Positions 32,099-42,859 of a stretch of DNA of 64,000 bases are shown here, in pieces. The DNA is taken from assembly GCA_963847185.1 (NCBI GenBank), contig CAWJYV010000008.1:800001-864000 (forward strand), read 5' to 3'. A program made the position numbers and the translations under genes. A model generated the notes under the pieces. That model was not told where the DNA came from, made no database searches, and was given only the letters and a program-made list of their open reading frames with translations. This DNA is from an uncultured Methanosarcinaceae archaeon. Its GTDB lineage: Archaea; Halobacteriota; Methanosarcinia; Methanosarcinales; Methanosarcinaceae. Every line of letters begins with the position of its first letter. Within the stretch, counting starts at the first letter, position 1.

Positions 32099-33325
32099 TT
32101 ACTGCCCTTTTGCAGCATCTGCGAGCTCCTCTCCAAGCTTCCTACATCTTTCCAATTCTTTGTCATATGGTCTATACCTTACCTGCAGTCCAGGCTCCAT
32201 TACTTCAATTCCTGCATTTTTCAGTTCCTGCTCTATGACTTTTACTGCTCCTCCTCCCCAGCCATAGGAGCCGAATGCTACAGCTTTTTTCTTCTGGGGG
32301 CGCAGGCCTTTAAGATATATAAGAAAGTCTCCGACTGTTGGAAATAGTCCGTTATTAAGAGTTGGGGAGCCCACGGCAAAAGCCGCTGCATCAAGCATTT
32401 CTTTCATTATGTCGCTTCTGGTGTTTTTACGAAGATGAAGAAGTTTTACTTCAACTCCTGCAGTACGGACCGCTTCTGCAATCTCACGGGCCATTATTTC
32501 CGTGCTCTCCCACATTGTATCGTATATCACAAGCACTTTTTCCTTTACTGTCCCATTGGCCCAGGATCTGTAGGCTTCAAGGATTTTTTCAAGATCCTGT
32601 TTCCATATTATTCCGTGAGACGGAGCTATCTGCAGAGGTTCTACTCCCAGCTTGTCCAGTAGTCCAAGATATCGAATAAGCGGAAGGTGGAAGGGCATAA
32701 GTATATTTGCGTAATACTCGGCTGCTTCCGGGATAGCATCTTCTACTTCAAAGTCATACCTTTTTGAAGTTGCTATGTGCTGCCCGAAACCATCGTTTGA
32801 AAAAAGGATCCTGTCTTCTTTCAGGAAAGTCTCCATGCTGTCAGGCCAGTGAAGCATTGTGGCTTCCAGGAACATCAGAGTCTTACCTCCAAGATCCAGC
32901 TGGTCGCTGGTCTGCACAATTTCAAGGTCCCAATTCTCACTGCCTGAGTTCCGGAAGTAGCCGTTGAGGATATCTACGCCTCTTCTGGAAATGAAAATTT
33001 TCGCATTGGTCAATTTTTTGAGCTCTCCAAGGGAACCGGAGTGGTCCGGTTCCATATGGTTTACGACAATGTAATCAAGTTTCGAAATGTCGATAATCTG
33101 GCTGATGCGCCTGAGCATCTCTCCTGCAAAAGGAGCTTTTACCGTATCTATAAGGGCAGTCTTTTCCCCAACTACAAGGTAGGAATTATATGTTGTTCCT
33201 CCTGGTGTGGTAAATCCATGAAAGTCTCTGCCGTTCCAGTCGATTGCTCCTACCCAGTACACTCCACTTGAAAGTTCTACAGCTCCACCTGCTTCTCCTT
33301 CTATTTTCATGTACTCACAGTCCAT
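32099..33325 (-). CDS. fprA: Flavodiiron protein FprA
   Basis: HMEPDH, HWPD, SNDGFG, PSHG, flavodoxin domain GSYGWGG; start may be 33310. Confidence 0.93.
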   Translation of the reverse strand: MDCEYMKIEGEAGGAVELSSGVYWVGAIDWNGRDFHGFTTPGGTTYNSYLVVGEKTALIDTVKAPFAGEMLRRISQIIDISKLDYIVVNHMEPDHSGSLGELKKLTNAKIFISRRGVDILNGYFRNSGSENWDLEIVQTSDQLDLGGKTLMFLEATMLHWPDSMETFLKEDRILFSNDGFGQHIATSKRYDFEVEDAIPEAAEYYANILMPFHLPLIRYLGLLDKLGVEPLQIAPSHGIIWKQDLEKILEAYRSWANGTVKEKVLVIYDTMWESTEIMAREIAEAVRTAGVEVKLLHLRKNTRSDIMKEMLDAAAFAVGSPTLNNGLFPTVGDFLIYLKGLRPQKKKAVAFGSYGWGGGAVKVIEQELKNAGIEVMEPGLQVRYRPYDKELERCRKLGEELADAAKGQ

Positions 33326-33333
33326 CCGGTTTT

Positions 33334-33840
33334 TCAGGTCTGCATTCTGAATCTTGTGATTGCATCAAGATAGCTGTCTATTACCTCATAGTGGCCTCTC
33401 TCGTATCTTGCCAGCATTCTGAAAAACATTTTCTGATCTTCTTCCTCCACTTTATTTGCCAACTCTGAATAGAAATCTTCACTCTTTCTCTCATGTCTTA
33501 AAGCTGCAACAAGAATACCTGCATCTCCAAGAGTAACTTCTCCTCCTTTTGTTCTGCCCCTATCGAACTCAGGAGTAAATGATTGCCCACTCGGAATTTC
33601 TGTAGTGATTACAGGCAGTTCTTTTTTGTCTCGATATTCTTCAAGATATCTAAGATGTTTTACTTCTTCATCTGCCAGATACTCATAGAGTTCTTTAAAT
33701 TTTGGGTTTTCCATTTCAGTTGACTTTTCCAGGTAAAAATCTCTTGCTTCTTTTTCTCTCTCTATTGCCAGAGCTACAGCTTCCTCAATTCCTTTAAGAT
33801 TTTTTACTTCCTCTATTACATCCTGATATGCACTCCTCAT
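33334..33840 (-). CDS. Ferritin-like / rubrerythrin-family diiron protein
   Basis: Two E...ExxH halves (EEVKH, YERGH). Confidence 0.85.
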   Translation of the reverse strand: MRSAYQDVIEEVKNLKGIEEAVALAIEREKEARDFYLEKSTEMENPKFKELYEYLADEEVKHLRYLEEYRDKKELPVITTEIPSGQSFTPEFDRGRTKGGEVTLGDAGILVAALRHERKSEDFYSELANKVEEEDQKMFFRMLARYERGHYEVIDSYLDAITRFRMQT

Positions 33841-33887
33841 ATTTTCCCCTCACAGTTTTTGTTTCTTATAAATTTCCTTTTAAGGCT

Positions 33888-34523
33888 TTAGTCCACGGTT
33901 TCTTTTTTAACTTTTGATTTCTTTCGTTCTTTCACTTTCAAGATTATATCTTCAGAAGGCCTTTCAAGCCCAAATATATCATAGATTTCATAGGGATTTG
34001 CAAGTAATGTGATATTTTCCATTTTCGCAAGTTTTTCCGAGTTTGTGACATCTACTTCGCGCATAGTAAGCTCAAAGGCTCTACCGCTGGGTGCCGCAGT
34101 TTTTACAGTTCCCTTCTTCTGGTCTACAGGCATGATAAAAATAGGCGTTTTTCCTTTTGCAGTCTGGGAAACTGCATTTGTAACAAGGGTATCTGCAATC
34201 CCATATACTATCTTCGCCACAGTATTTGCAGTTGCCGGAGCTACCAGAAGGAAATCGTAGTATCCCATCTGCAGTGGACCTGCAATGAATGGGGAGTTAG
34301 GGCCTGCATCTACTTTGAAGTTAGGGAAATCGTTCTGGATTTTGTCCCACAGGTGATACCATTTCATTACGGTTTCGCCCTCTTTGGACAGGAAGACCAT
34401 TGTTTCAACACCTGTTCGGCTCTTAATGTCTACCAGAACACTGTAGGTCTCAATCATCTGATCTCCCGAACCTGTAATTCCCCATGCTATGCGCTTAATT
34501 TTCTTGCCTAACGGTTCTACCAA
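33888..34523 (-). CDS. afpA: Archaeoflavoprotein AfpA family
   Basis: IAWGITGSG, APATANTVAKIVYGIADTL. Confidence 0.8.
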   Translation of the reverse strand: MVEPLGKKIKRIAWGITGSGDQMIETYSVLVDIKSRTGVETMVFLSKEGETVMKWYHLWDKIQNDFPNFKVDAGPNSPFIAGPLQMGYYDFLLVAPATANTVAKIVYGIADTLVTNAVSQTAKGKTPIFIMPVDQKKGTVKTAAPSGRAFELTMREVDVTNSEKLAKMENITLLANPYEIYDIFGLERPSEDIILKVKERKKSKVKKETVD

Positions 34524-34643
34524 AATAACACCCTCTTAAGTTTCAACTAAATTCTTATGACTTATTATCTTGATTATCAGATTTTAATCCAATTTCTAAA
34601 TTCCTACTCCTTAATTCAGGCTTCTTTGATTTAGGTTCATTAT

Positions 34644-35333
34644 TTACTGCTTACTCGTATCTTCTTTCGGCATTTCGTGCTTTTGAACCTCAGATTCCTC
34701 TACGGGAACAGCTCTTTTCACCATCTGAGCTGTCTGGATGAGCTTTTTCAGAGTTCTTCTAAGGCTTCTCAAACCTTCAGAATCTTCGGAAACTCCTTCT
34801 GCTCCTTTGTCTTTTGACCAGAAAGTTCCTCCCAGATTTGCCCCAAAGGAACCACCTCCGACAGGGATCATTTCATTGATTACATAGAAGTTTAGAATTG
34901 TCTGGATTGCAGGCTCCTGTCCACCTATCCGGTCTCCTCCGTCTGCAATTCCCATCCCTACTTTGTTCAAAAAAACCTTAGAGTCTCTGGCAACGACAGC
35001 TCTGCAGCGGTCCATAATTGTTTTTGTCTGGGCACTTACTGTCCCCTGATATACAGGAGTACCTATAATCCAGGCATCTGCCCATATCATTTTATCATAA
35101 AGTTCGGCTGAAATATCGTCCTTATGGATACAACCCTGCTTTGTCCTTAAACAGAAATCACAGTGGATACAGAAGTTAAGTTTTTTCCCTTTGGAGGAAA
35201 AATAATCGGTTTCTGCACCATATTTTTCCCTCGCAAGCTTCAGAGCTTCCTGGACAACAAAATCAGTAGCCATATTCCTGGGGCTTCCAGATATCCCCAG
35301 AATCTTTATCGGTTTGGTTTCGGTTTCTTGCAT
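34644..35333 (-). CDS. isf: Iron-sulfur flavoprotein
   Basis: SGSPR, compact CIHCDFCLRTKQGC motif, TPVY, GGQE. Confidence 0.88.
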   Translation of the reverse strand: MQETETKPIKILGISGSPRNMATDFVVQEALKLAREKYGAETDYFSSKGKKLNFCIHCDFCLRTKQGCIHKDDISAELYDKMIWADAWIIGTPVYQGTVSAQTKTIMDRCRAVVARDSKVFLNKVGMGIADGGDRIGGQEPAIQTILNFYVINEMIPVGGGSFGANLGGTFWSKDKGAEGVSEDSEGLRSLRRTLKKLIQTAQMVKRAVPVEESEVQKHEMPKEDTSKQ

Positions 35334-35612
35334 GTCCCCTCCGAAATTACCTTACCTTAACTAGTTTTTACTCTCTTTGTCTGGCATGCCTAGGATATTC
35401 TATGGCACTTATTTTTTCTAAGAGACTATATTATTTTTGATATCCTATTCCTCAGTTTTTAATTAGCTTGGTCGTGCCCGTTAGTTATTGATCAAATCCG
35501 AAAAAGCGAGTACATCTTCAGCATCTGAGTTTTAAAATGAAGAGAGGCTCTTATGCTTATGGTTTTCAATAACTCACACCCACTGCCATTATTTTTTTAT
35601 TTCTTAAACTTT

Positions 35613-35771
35613 CTATAAAAAATATTTGAAGAGAAAGCAATAACAGTTCCTACAGTCCAAATCCCAGAATTGAATTTTTTCCTCCACTTCAGGGTAAGTT
35701 GCCATGTCAATTACTGTCATATTGTAAATTTCTTTCCCGAAAAGCTCATTAATATACTCCGAGAGATCGAC
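35613..35771 (-). pseudogene. Possible gene remnant between SOR and isf
   Basis: 53-codon frame VDLSEYINELFGKEIYNMTVIDMATYPEVEEKIQFWDLDCRNCYCFLFKYFL on the operon strand. Confidence 0.3.
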
Positions 35772-35851
35772 CTATAATGGAGAAATGTTTTTGGGGGCCA
35801 GAGGCATTTTTTCAGGTATCGAGAAAGAATGCTTTTATCCTTATGTGATTT

Positions 35852-36258
35852 TTATTTCGATGAAGTGACTTTTATTTCCATGCGTGCTTCCCAGATTCCA
35901 TGAACATTACAGCGCTCCAGAGCATGCAGGTTTTGATCACTGATTTTTCCCCGCAGTTCCCGCAGATACTCTTCTGCTTCTATCCTTGAAAGCTGCTTTG
36001 CCTTCGCCTGGTAGCAGGTATCAGTTCTTTGCGTCCTATGAGCTTATTGTGCAGATAAAGCTCAATCCACTCAATGTAATGTTTCTCCTCCATTACATGG
36101 GGGATGCTCCCTACAGTCACAATGACTTCGAAAGGCTCACCTGCAATTACTATTTCGGGAGCTTCGATAACTGGTATGTGTTTCTTTTCACCTTCAGTAA
36201 GGTTCTCAGGATCTACAGGTTTTTTTATTTCTTCTCCGGTTACGTTATTATTGTCCAT
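35852..36258 (-). pseudogene. sor: Superoxide reductase (neelaredoxin type), frameshifted near 35985-36010
   Basis: [21 protein letters not shown], then in another frame ERCNVHGIWE. Confidence 0.85.
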
Positions 36259-36477
36259 GATTTCAGTCCCTCTGTTTTTTTCTCGATAATTCCGAATTTT
36301 CAAAATTTTATATTAATCAATACAGAAATTCTTTTACCTGATTTCCTTGGGCTTGATCCCCTATGAGGTTGAAACAAAAAATTAGTTAGTTAATGGATCT
36401 TCATTTCTCTGTGGATCTCTATAATCTTTATAGTATATAATAAAATAAAAAATTAATAGATAATTTCCAAGACATAT

Positions 36478-36825
36478 TTACTTCAGCAACTTCAGAGCTT
36501 CTCTACATGCAGCTACAGCCGGAGCTCCTGAAGTGATATAGATTACATCCAGAGTTTCCATAATTTCTTCTTTGGTTACTCCATGGTTCAGGGCGCTTTT
36601 CATTTGTGCTACAGTACAGGCCTCACACTGTTTTGATGCCACAACCGCGAGAGCCATTAGAATTTTTGTTTTTGCGGGTAGGGCCCCGTCTGATAGTAGT
36701 TTTCCATCGCAGCGCCTGTACTTTCCAAGAAACTCAGGATCAATTTCCTCTAAGGTTTCCAGGATATGAGGCTTGAATCCCATTTTTTTTCCGATGCTGT
36801 CCACTACTTCTTTATGCTCTTCCAA
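36478..36825 (-). CDS. mdrA: Carboxymuconolactone decarboxylase-family protein disulfide reductase MdrA
   Basis: CEAC active site with additional Cys39 and Cys107; position in the oxidative-stress operon. Confidence 0.85.
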   Translation of the reverse strand: MEEHKEVVDSIGKKMGFKPHILETLEEIDPEFLGKYRRCDGKLLSDGALPAKTKILMALAVVASKQCEACTVAQMKSALNHGVTKEEIMETLDVIYITSGAPAVAACREALKLLK

Positions 36826-36909
36826 TTTTTTGCCTCCTGTTTTTACTTATATTTATGACTGCTATAATTTTTATTCATTATACCGCTAATTCTCTATGCA
36901 AGCATTGAA

Positions 36910-37131
36910 TTATACGCAGAAATCCTCACCAAGAATAGAATCGATACACTCACGACACATCATCCTGGGAAGATCTTTTTTTAGCGTCACATGGGGCAGT
37001 GGGTATCCTCCTTTCATAGGGAACTCAACCTGTTTGATGTGTTCCATACAAAGTCCCTTTCCGCAAACAATGCATACACCCACTGCTTCGTTGTCTTTAT
37101 CCTTTTCAAGACAATCGTAACATTTCAGCAT
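36910..37131 (-). CDS. DUF2180-like Cys-rich small protein
   Basis: CYDC...CIVCGKGLCMEH...CREC. Confidence 0.8.
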   Translation of the reverse strand: MLKCYDCLEKDKDNEAVGVCIVCGKGLCMEHIKQVEFPMKGGYPLPHVTLKKDLPRMMCRECIDSILGEDFCV

Positions 37132-37140
37132 ATGACCACC

Positions 37141-37371
37141 TCAACAAACTTCATTAAACAGACAGTTATCTTTCAGGGCTTCATGGCAGGGCAGGCAGAC
37201 AATCCTTTTGATATGTTCGACATCAGGTTTCAGCTCGATAGGATAGTTCCCTTCCCAGGCAGGAGTTTCCTCATGAATGAGGTGATCTTTGCAAACCCCT
37301 CTCCCACAAACAATACAGATTGCAACAGCATCAGTATTTTTGCCTTCTCTGGCACATTCATAACATTTCAT
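37141..37371 (-). CDS. DUF2180-like Cys-rich small protein
   Basis: CYEC...CIVCGRGVCKDH...CLPC; paralog of the neighbouring gene. Confidence 0.8.
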   Translation of the reverse strand: MKCYECAREGKNTDAVAICIVCGRGVCKDHLIHEETPAWEGNYPIELKPDVEHIKRIVCLPCHEALKDNCLFNEVC

Positions 37372-37390
37372 TTTTCTCCCTCTAAACTAT

Positions 37391-37516
37391 TCATTTCTCT
37401 ATAAGAGTCATCTCCTCTCCGCAACAAACGAGAGTTCCTCCTCCCACTTCTTCTACAACAACCTCGTTACCGCAAATCTCGCATCTATATCTTTCCCCTT
37501 TTGCAGATACGCCCAT
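37391..37516 (-). CDS. Desulforedoxin (41 aa; not in the ORF track)
   Basis: MGVSAKGERYRCEICGNEVVVEEVGGGTLVCCGEEMTLIEK with CxxC...CC; GGAGGTG Shine-Dalgarno. Confidence 0.9.
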   Translation of the reverse strand: MGVSAKGERYRCEICGNEVVVEEVGGGTLVCCGEEMTLIEK

Positions 37517-38195
37517 ACTAGCTCACCTCCTCTTATCTATTTGTTCCAGCTGACCGTATTTCCAGCTGACAGTTGTCTCGGCTGTCTTTTTTTATCAATA
37601 ATTATACATAATAACCATTCTTTGTATATAATTGTAAGGATTTTTCAAAAAATAGTGTGATTATTTTCCCTATCTCTTCCGTTCTTATTATACTTTTTAT
37701 TTATATTTCGACAAAGTTTTGAAACTTTTTTGCTATGATTTCCCTTTCTATCTTTTCTTATCTGCAAGTTACTCTTTCAGGAAGTGACTGGAGATTTCGG
37801 CACCGATCGTTTTTATAATATAAATCTTTTCCTGGTTTCAGAGAAGGCACTTCTCTCAAAAATAGTTACCTTCTCTTTTACTTCGTACAGGTTATCTTCG
37901 TTCAAAATAAGGGTTTGGAATTGCATTTTCTGGAAAAGGTTTTTAATGTTTTGTCCTTTCTTCTGAATGGGTCGGTCCTGAAAAGTTCTCTGCCGCAAGA
38001 ATGATTAAATTGTTCTTTTTATCTGCAATTATCTATATAATTCATTTAATATAGTTAATTATATATAGACTCTTAAATACTGTTATGTGAACTTAGTAGA
38101 CGGTTGTAATTAATATCTATTATAATGGATGTTAATTATTATTCGGAAGAGATTCTTTAGGGGACAGAAAGGACCCATTTAGCAAAACAATATAG

Positions 38196-39194
<999 letters not shown>

Positions 39195-39294
39195 TTTTTT
39201 AATTCCATCTTGCATAACCATTTTTTAATTTTTATTATATTTTTAAAACACCTTGCTGCTAAGGCAAAAACATCAAGGCATTGGAGGTAACTAA

Positions 39295-40335
39295 TTGCCA
39301 CCAAAAATTGCAGAAGTCATTGAATATGACGTATGCGCAGCCTGCGGGGCATGCGAAGCCGTGTGTCCCATTGGGGCTGTAACCGTAAAGAAAGCGGCAG
39401 AAATTAGAGATCCAAACAATCTTAGCCTGTATGAAAAAGGAGCAGGATACAACGTTTGTGAAGGCTGCTTAACCTGTAGCAGGATCTGTCCTGTAGTAGA
39501 CGGCTTTATCGAAAATGAACTTGCAAATGTGCGCAGGTTTTTTGCCGCAAAGTCCAGGGACAATGCAGGCAGCCAGGACGGAGGAGTAGCCAGTGGTATA
39601 CTCAAATCTCTCTTTAAGCAAGGTAAAATTGACTGTGCTGTCGGGATTACCAGAAACGAGAAATGGGAACCTAAAGTTGTACTGCTGACAAGTGCTGAGG
39701 ATGTCGAGAAGACGAGAGGGACCAAATACACCTCTGATCCAGTTATTGCTGCTCTCAGAGAAGCCTTTGAAAAGTACGACCGGATTGCAGTTATAGGAGT
39801 TCCCTGCCAAGTCCATTCTGCAAAGCTGATCAGGGAAAATGTAAACGAAAAGATCGTACTTATTGTCGGACTGCTCTGTATGGAAAGTTTCCATCATGAC
39901 GTCATGCTTGACAAGATCATTCCTGAAATTCTTAAGGTCAAGATCGAAGATATTCGAAAAATGGAGTTTACCAAGGGTAAGTTCTGGGTCTATACTGATG
40001 ACGGCGAGGTTCATTCCGTGCCCATTAAGGATATAGCCAAATATGCCAGAAATCCTTGCCACCATTGTTGTGACTACACCTCAGTTTTTGCCGATATTTC
40101 GGTAGGTTCTGTCGGAGCTCCTGACGGTTGGAACTCGGTCTTTATAAGAACCGACATTGGGGAGAAATACTTCGATATGGTCCGCGATGACATGGAGATT
40201 ATGGAAGATCCCAAGCCTGGCCTCGAGCTCATAGGAAAGCTTATCGATATGAAACGTAAGGGCAATGTCGACCATTTCCTTGAAGTCTGCGAGAAGTTCA
40301 GCTTTAAAACTGGAATTCGCGATGAAACGATCTAA
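39295..40335 (+). CDS. fpoF: F420H2 dehydrogenase subunit F
   Basis: Two ferredoxin motifs, QDGG, GTKY, GVPCQ, GLLCME, DISVGSVG; follows mer; TTG start with GGAGGT. Confidence 0.92.
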   Translation: MPPKIAEVIEYDVCAACGACEAVCPIGAVTVKKAAEIRDPNNLSLYEKGAGYNVCEGCLTCSRICPVVDGFIENELANVRRFFAAKSRDNAGSQDGGVASGILKSLFKQGKIDCAVGITRNEKWEPKVVLLTSAEDVEKTRGTKYTSDPVIAALREAFEKYDRIAVIGVPCQVHSAKLIRENVNEKIVLIVGLLCMESFHHDVMLDKIIPEILKVKIEDIRKMEFTKGKFWVYTDDGEVHSVPIKDIAKYARNPCHHCCDYTSVFADISVGSVGAPDGWNSVFIRTDIGEKYFDMVRDDMEIMEDPKPGLELIGKLIDMKRKGNVDHFLEVCEKFSFKTGIRDETI

Positions 40336-40398
40336 AACCAGAAAATATTATTATTGAAATCCAAAAAATAACTCAAGTACACAGAGGTTGGGACCGGG

Positions 40399-40920
40399 AT
40401 GATGCGAGCTTTTTACATTGGACGTTTTCAGCCGTATCATTTCGGGCACCATGCTGTAATCACGCGGATTGCAGAAGAAGTTGACGAACTGGTTATAGGT
40501 GTAGGAAGTGCCCAGAAAAGCCATGAAGCTACTGACCCCTTTACTGCAGGGGAAAGGGTGCTGATGCTTTATAACGCGCTTGAAAATCTCCCTATCCGTC
40601 ATTATGTCCTGCCTATTGAAGACGTCAGGTACAACTCTATTTGGGTTCATCACGTTGCGTCCCGAACTCCTCGTTTTGAAGTGGTATACTCTAACAATCC
40701 GCTTGTTATCCAGCTTTTCCGGGAAGCCGGTTTTTGTGTTAAAGAATCTCCTCTCTACATTCGAGAAAGATACTCGGGCACGGAAATCCGGAGACGAATG
40801 ATTGCAGGAGAGAAGTGGGAACACCTTGTTCCAAAGGCTATTGTAGAATCGATAAAAGAAATCGACGGAGTAACCCGGCTCAGGAACGTTTCTGCCAGTG
40901 ATAATAATTCTTCATTATAA
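40399..40920 (+). CDS. nadM: Nicotinamide-nucleotide adenylyltransferase
   Basis: GRFQPYHFGH, DPFTAGER, SGTEIR. Confidence 0.93.
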   Translation: MMRAFYIGRFQPYHFGHHAVITRIAEEVDELVIGVGSAQKSHEATDPFTAGERVLMLYNALENLPIRHYVLPIEDVRYNSIWVHHVASRTPRFEVVYSNNPLVIQLFREAGFCVKESPLYIRERYSGTEIRRRMIAGEKWEHLVPKAIVESIKEIDGVTRLRNVSASDNNSSL

Positions 40921-41583
40921 TAATTTTACAATTAGTGAAGTTTTTCTTTTCCTTAATTCAGGTCTTTCCTAATCTTAATTTTCCTCTTTTCATTTTTTTT
41001 CTTTTCTATTCCTCAATTTCTCTCTACTTTTTGTTTTTCTTTGCTTTTTATTCTACTTTACTTTCAATTTTTATTTACCCATCTCTTTTACCCTTTGTCA
41101 CTTTTAATTGTCCTTTGGTTAGTCTCCAATTTTTTAGTTTTATATACTTTACTCTCAATTTTAAGACCTTAAAGTAAGATTATGATATCAATTATTAAGG
41201 TCTAAATATCAATATCAATTTTTGTTTCTGACTAATATTGTAAATTAATTTCTTTCTATCAATATTCCAAATATCCTAAAAATAAACCAACTTCTCTAAA
41301 TTTAGGGGAAAGATTTTTATAAAAGAAAAACCTATTTGTATTTGTGCACAGTTGTAAAAATTTCATAGGAATGCAGGATTGTTTCTTTGTGTTTCGTGAT
41401 AATAATTTTCAACTTTTAACTTCAATTAATATTTGAGGTTAACTGCTGCAATGGATTTATCAGAAAATGCATTGATCTTTCCTGTCTTGTGGAAAATTGA
41501 AATGTGCATAAAGTATGTCAGAACAAACTGATTAAGTTTGAACTGACCATCCAGAAAATCAGTAAGAAATACACCCAATCATA

Positions 41584-41639
41584 TGAAAATATATCTCTCT
41601 GTTAAATCGGGGGGTTTAATCGGGAAGATAATATTTTCA
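41584..41639 (+). promoter_or_regulatory. Long imperfect hairpin upstream of the Ig-like gene
   Basis: TGAAAATAT/ATATTTTCA, ATCT/AGAT and GTTAAATC/GGTTTAAT stems with G-U pairs; GGGG loop. Confidence 0.5.
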
Positions 41640-41647
41640 GCCATTAG

Positions 41648-41744
41648 GGATTTAATTTCATCTTCATGAGTTGATTTCATCTTCAGGATTTGAGATTACA
41701 TTTCCAGGATTTGCTTTCACACTCAAGATCGAATTTCATCTTTA
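41648..41744. repeat. Five degenerate 19-bp tandem repeats (consensus GGATTTGATTTCATCTTCA)
   Basis: Units start at 41648, 41667, 41686 (21 bp), 41707, 41726. Confidence 0.7.
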
Positions 41745-41791
41745 ATAGCTTTGAATTTATGGTTGAGTGGAGACTATGGAGGATGTATAAT

Positions 41792-42175
41792 ATGCAAAAA
41801 AATATTATTAAGATACTGAGCATCTTTTTGTTAACATGCTTCGTAATGTCCATGACCGCAGCAGCAGCATGTAGCGGCGGTTCATGTAGTGTGACTAAAG
41901 CAACTGCAAAGCCTGACTCATTCAGTCTCAGTTCTTCTAAAAAATGTGGTAATGTCCTGTCCAATGACAAGGGGACCGGTCTGAAAGTTACTACTACCGG
42001 ATACATTAAAACCGCAAAAGGTGCAAAAGTCTACATGAAGAGCAACGGTTACTTCTGCTACACTGCAAAGTCTTGCTCTACCGGTACTATCACTGACAGC
42101 TTCACCTACAAAATAAAAGACAAATACGGAAAAACTTCCAGTGCAAAAGTTACAATAAGGTACAAGTGCAGATAA
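41792..42175 (+). CDS. Secreted Cys-rich Ig-like (cadherin/Big_9-like) small protein
   Basis: Signal peptide ...MSMTAAA; NVLSND, GYFCY, DSFTYKIKD...SAKVTI; GGAGGA Shine-Dalgarno. Confidence 0.8.
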   Translation: MQKNIIKILSIFLLTCFVMSMTAAAACSGGSCSVTKATAKPDSFSLSSSKKCGNVLSNDKGTGLKVTTTGYIKTAKGAKVYMKSNGYFCYTAKSCSTGTITDSFTYKIKDKYGKTSSAKVTIRYKCR

Positions 42176-42261
42176 ATACTGTAACCGTAAACCTTAAGGG
42201 AAAAGGAAGTTTTATCTTCCGGGAATTTAATTCCCAATTCCCTACCAATTTTACTTCTAAA

Positions 42262-42810
42262 TTATGGAACCAGGTCAATCCAGTCAATGGTTCCAGGTTC
42301 GTATTCGGGCATATCTTCTTCACTCCCACTTAAAATGTGGTCTATTATTCTCTCGATATCCTGCCCGACTTCTTCAATGCTCTTTCCTGTAGTATTTACT
42401 TCAAAGACTTTTTTGCACCACTCGAATGCTTCAACCAGGATCACATCAAGAGCTTCAGCTTCAAAATTTTCTTTTATTTTCTCTTCCGAGTAGCTGCGTG
42501 TTTCCAGCCTCTTGTCCAGTTCAGGTGGATATGCTCTGAGTACAATAACGATATCTGCAATATAATGAGAAAGGTGGCTTTCAAGAATTGTTACCTCATT
42601 TTCCTTTCCATTAATAGTTTCTCCAAGCTGTTTCCGGACAAGTTCCATATCCGCAACGACAGCATCCCTTTTCTCATCAATTTCAGTGTAGAGGTGCTTT
42701 TCTTTGATAAGCTCATTAAGGTGAACTACTTTCCAATGCCTTTTTTTTTCAAGAAATCTGCTTACTGAGGTTTTTCCAGTACCTGGAGTACCGGTGAGTC
42801 CTATTAACAT
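42262..42810 (-). CDS. Adenylate kinase AK6/Fap7 family
   Basis: GTPGTGKT, ESH, KIKENFEAE. Confidence 0.88.
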   Translation of the reverse strand: MLIGLTGTPGTGKTSVSRFLEKKRHWKVVHLNELIKEKHLYTEIDEKRDAVVADMELVRKQLGETINGKENEVTILESHLSHYIADIVIVLRAYPPELDKRLETRSYSEEKIKENFEAEALDVILVEAFEWCKKVFEVNTTGKSIEEVGQDIERIIDHILSGSEEDMPEYEPGTIDWIDLVP

Positions 42811-42859
42811 GGGAAGAAAAACGGGTTCATAGCAGTTATATTTAATGCAGATCCTCTAT

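Noticed and set aside
35980-35982. Pyrrolysine read-through of the TAG ending the SOR ORF
   Set aside because: The conserved C-terminus (CNVHG) is in a different frame, so read-through would not restore it.
37707-37723. MsvR-like TTCG-N9-TGAA box upstream of the oxidative-stress operon
   Set aside because: One mismatch in an 8-bp consensus within AT-rich DNA; not distinguishable from chance.
40935-41177. 80-aa Phe/Leu-rich ORF (likewise 46168-46437)
   Set aside because: Translation of T-rich terminator or intergenic sequence.
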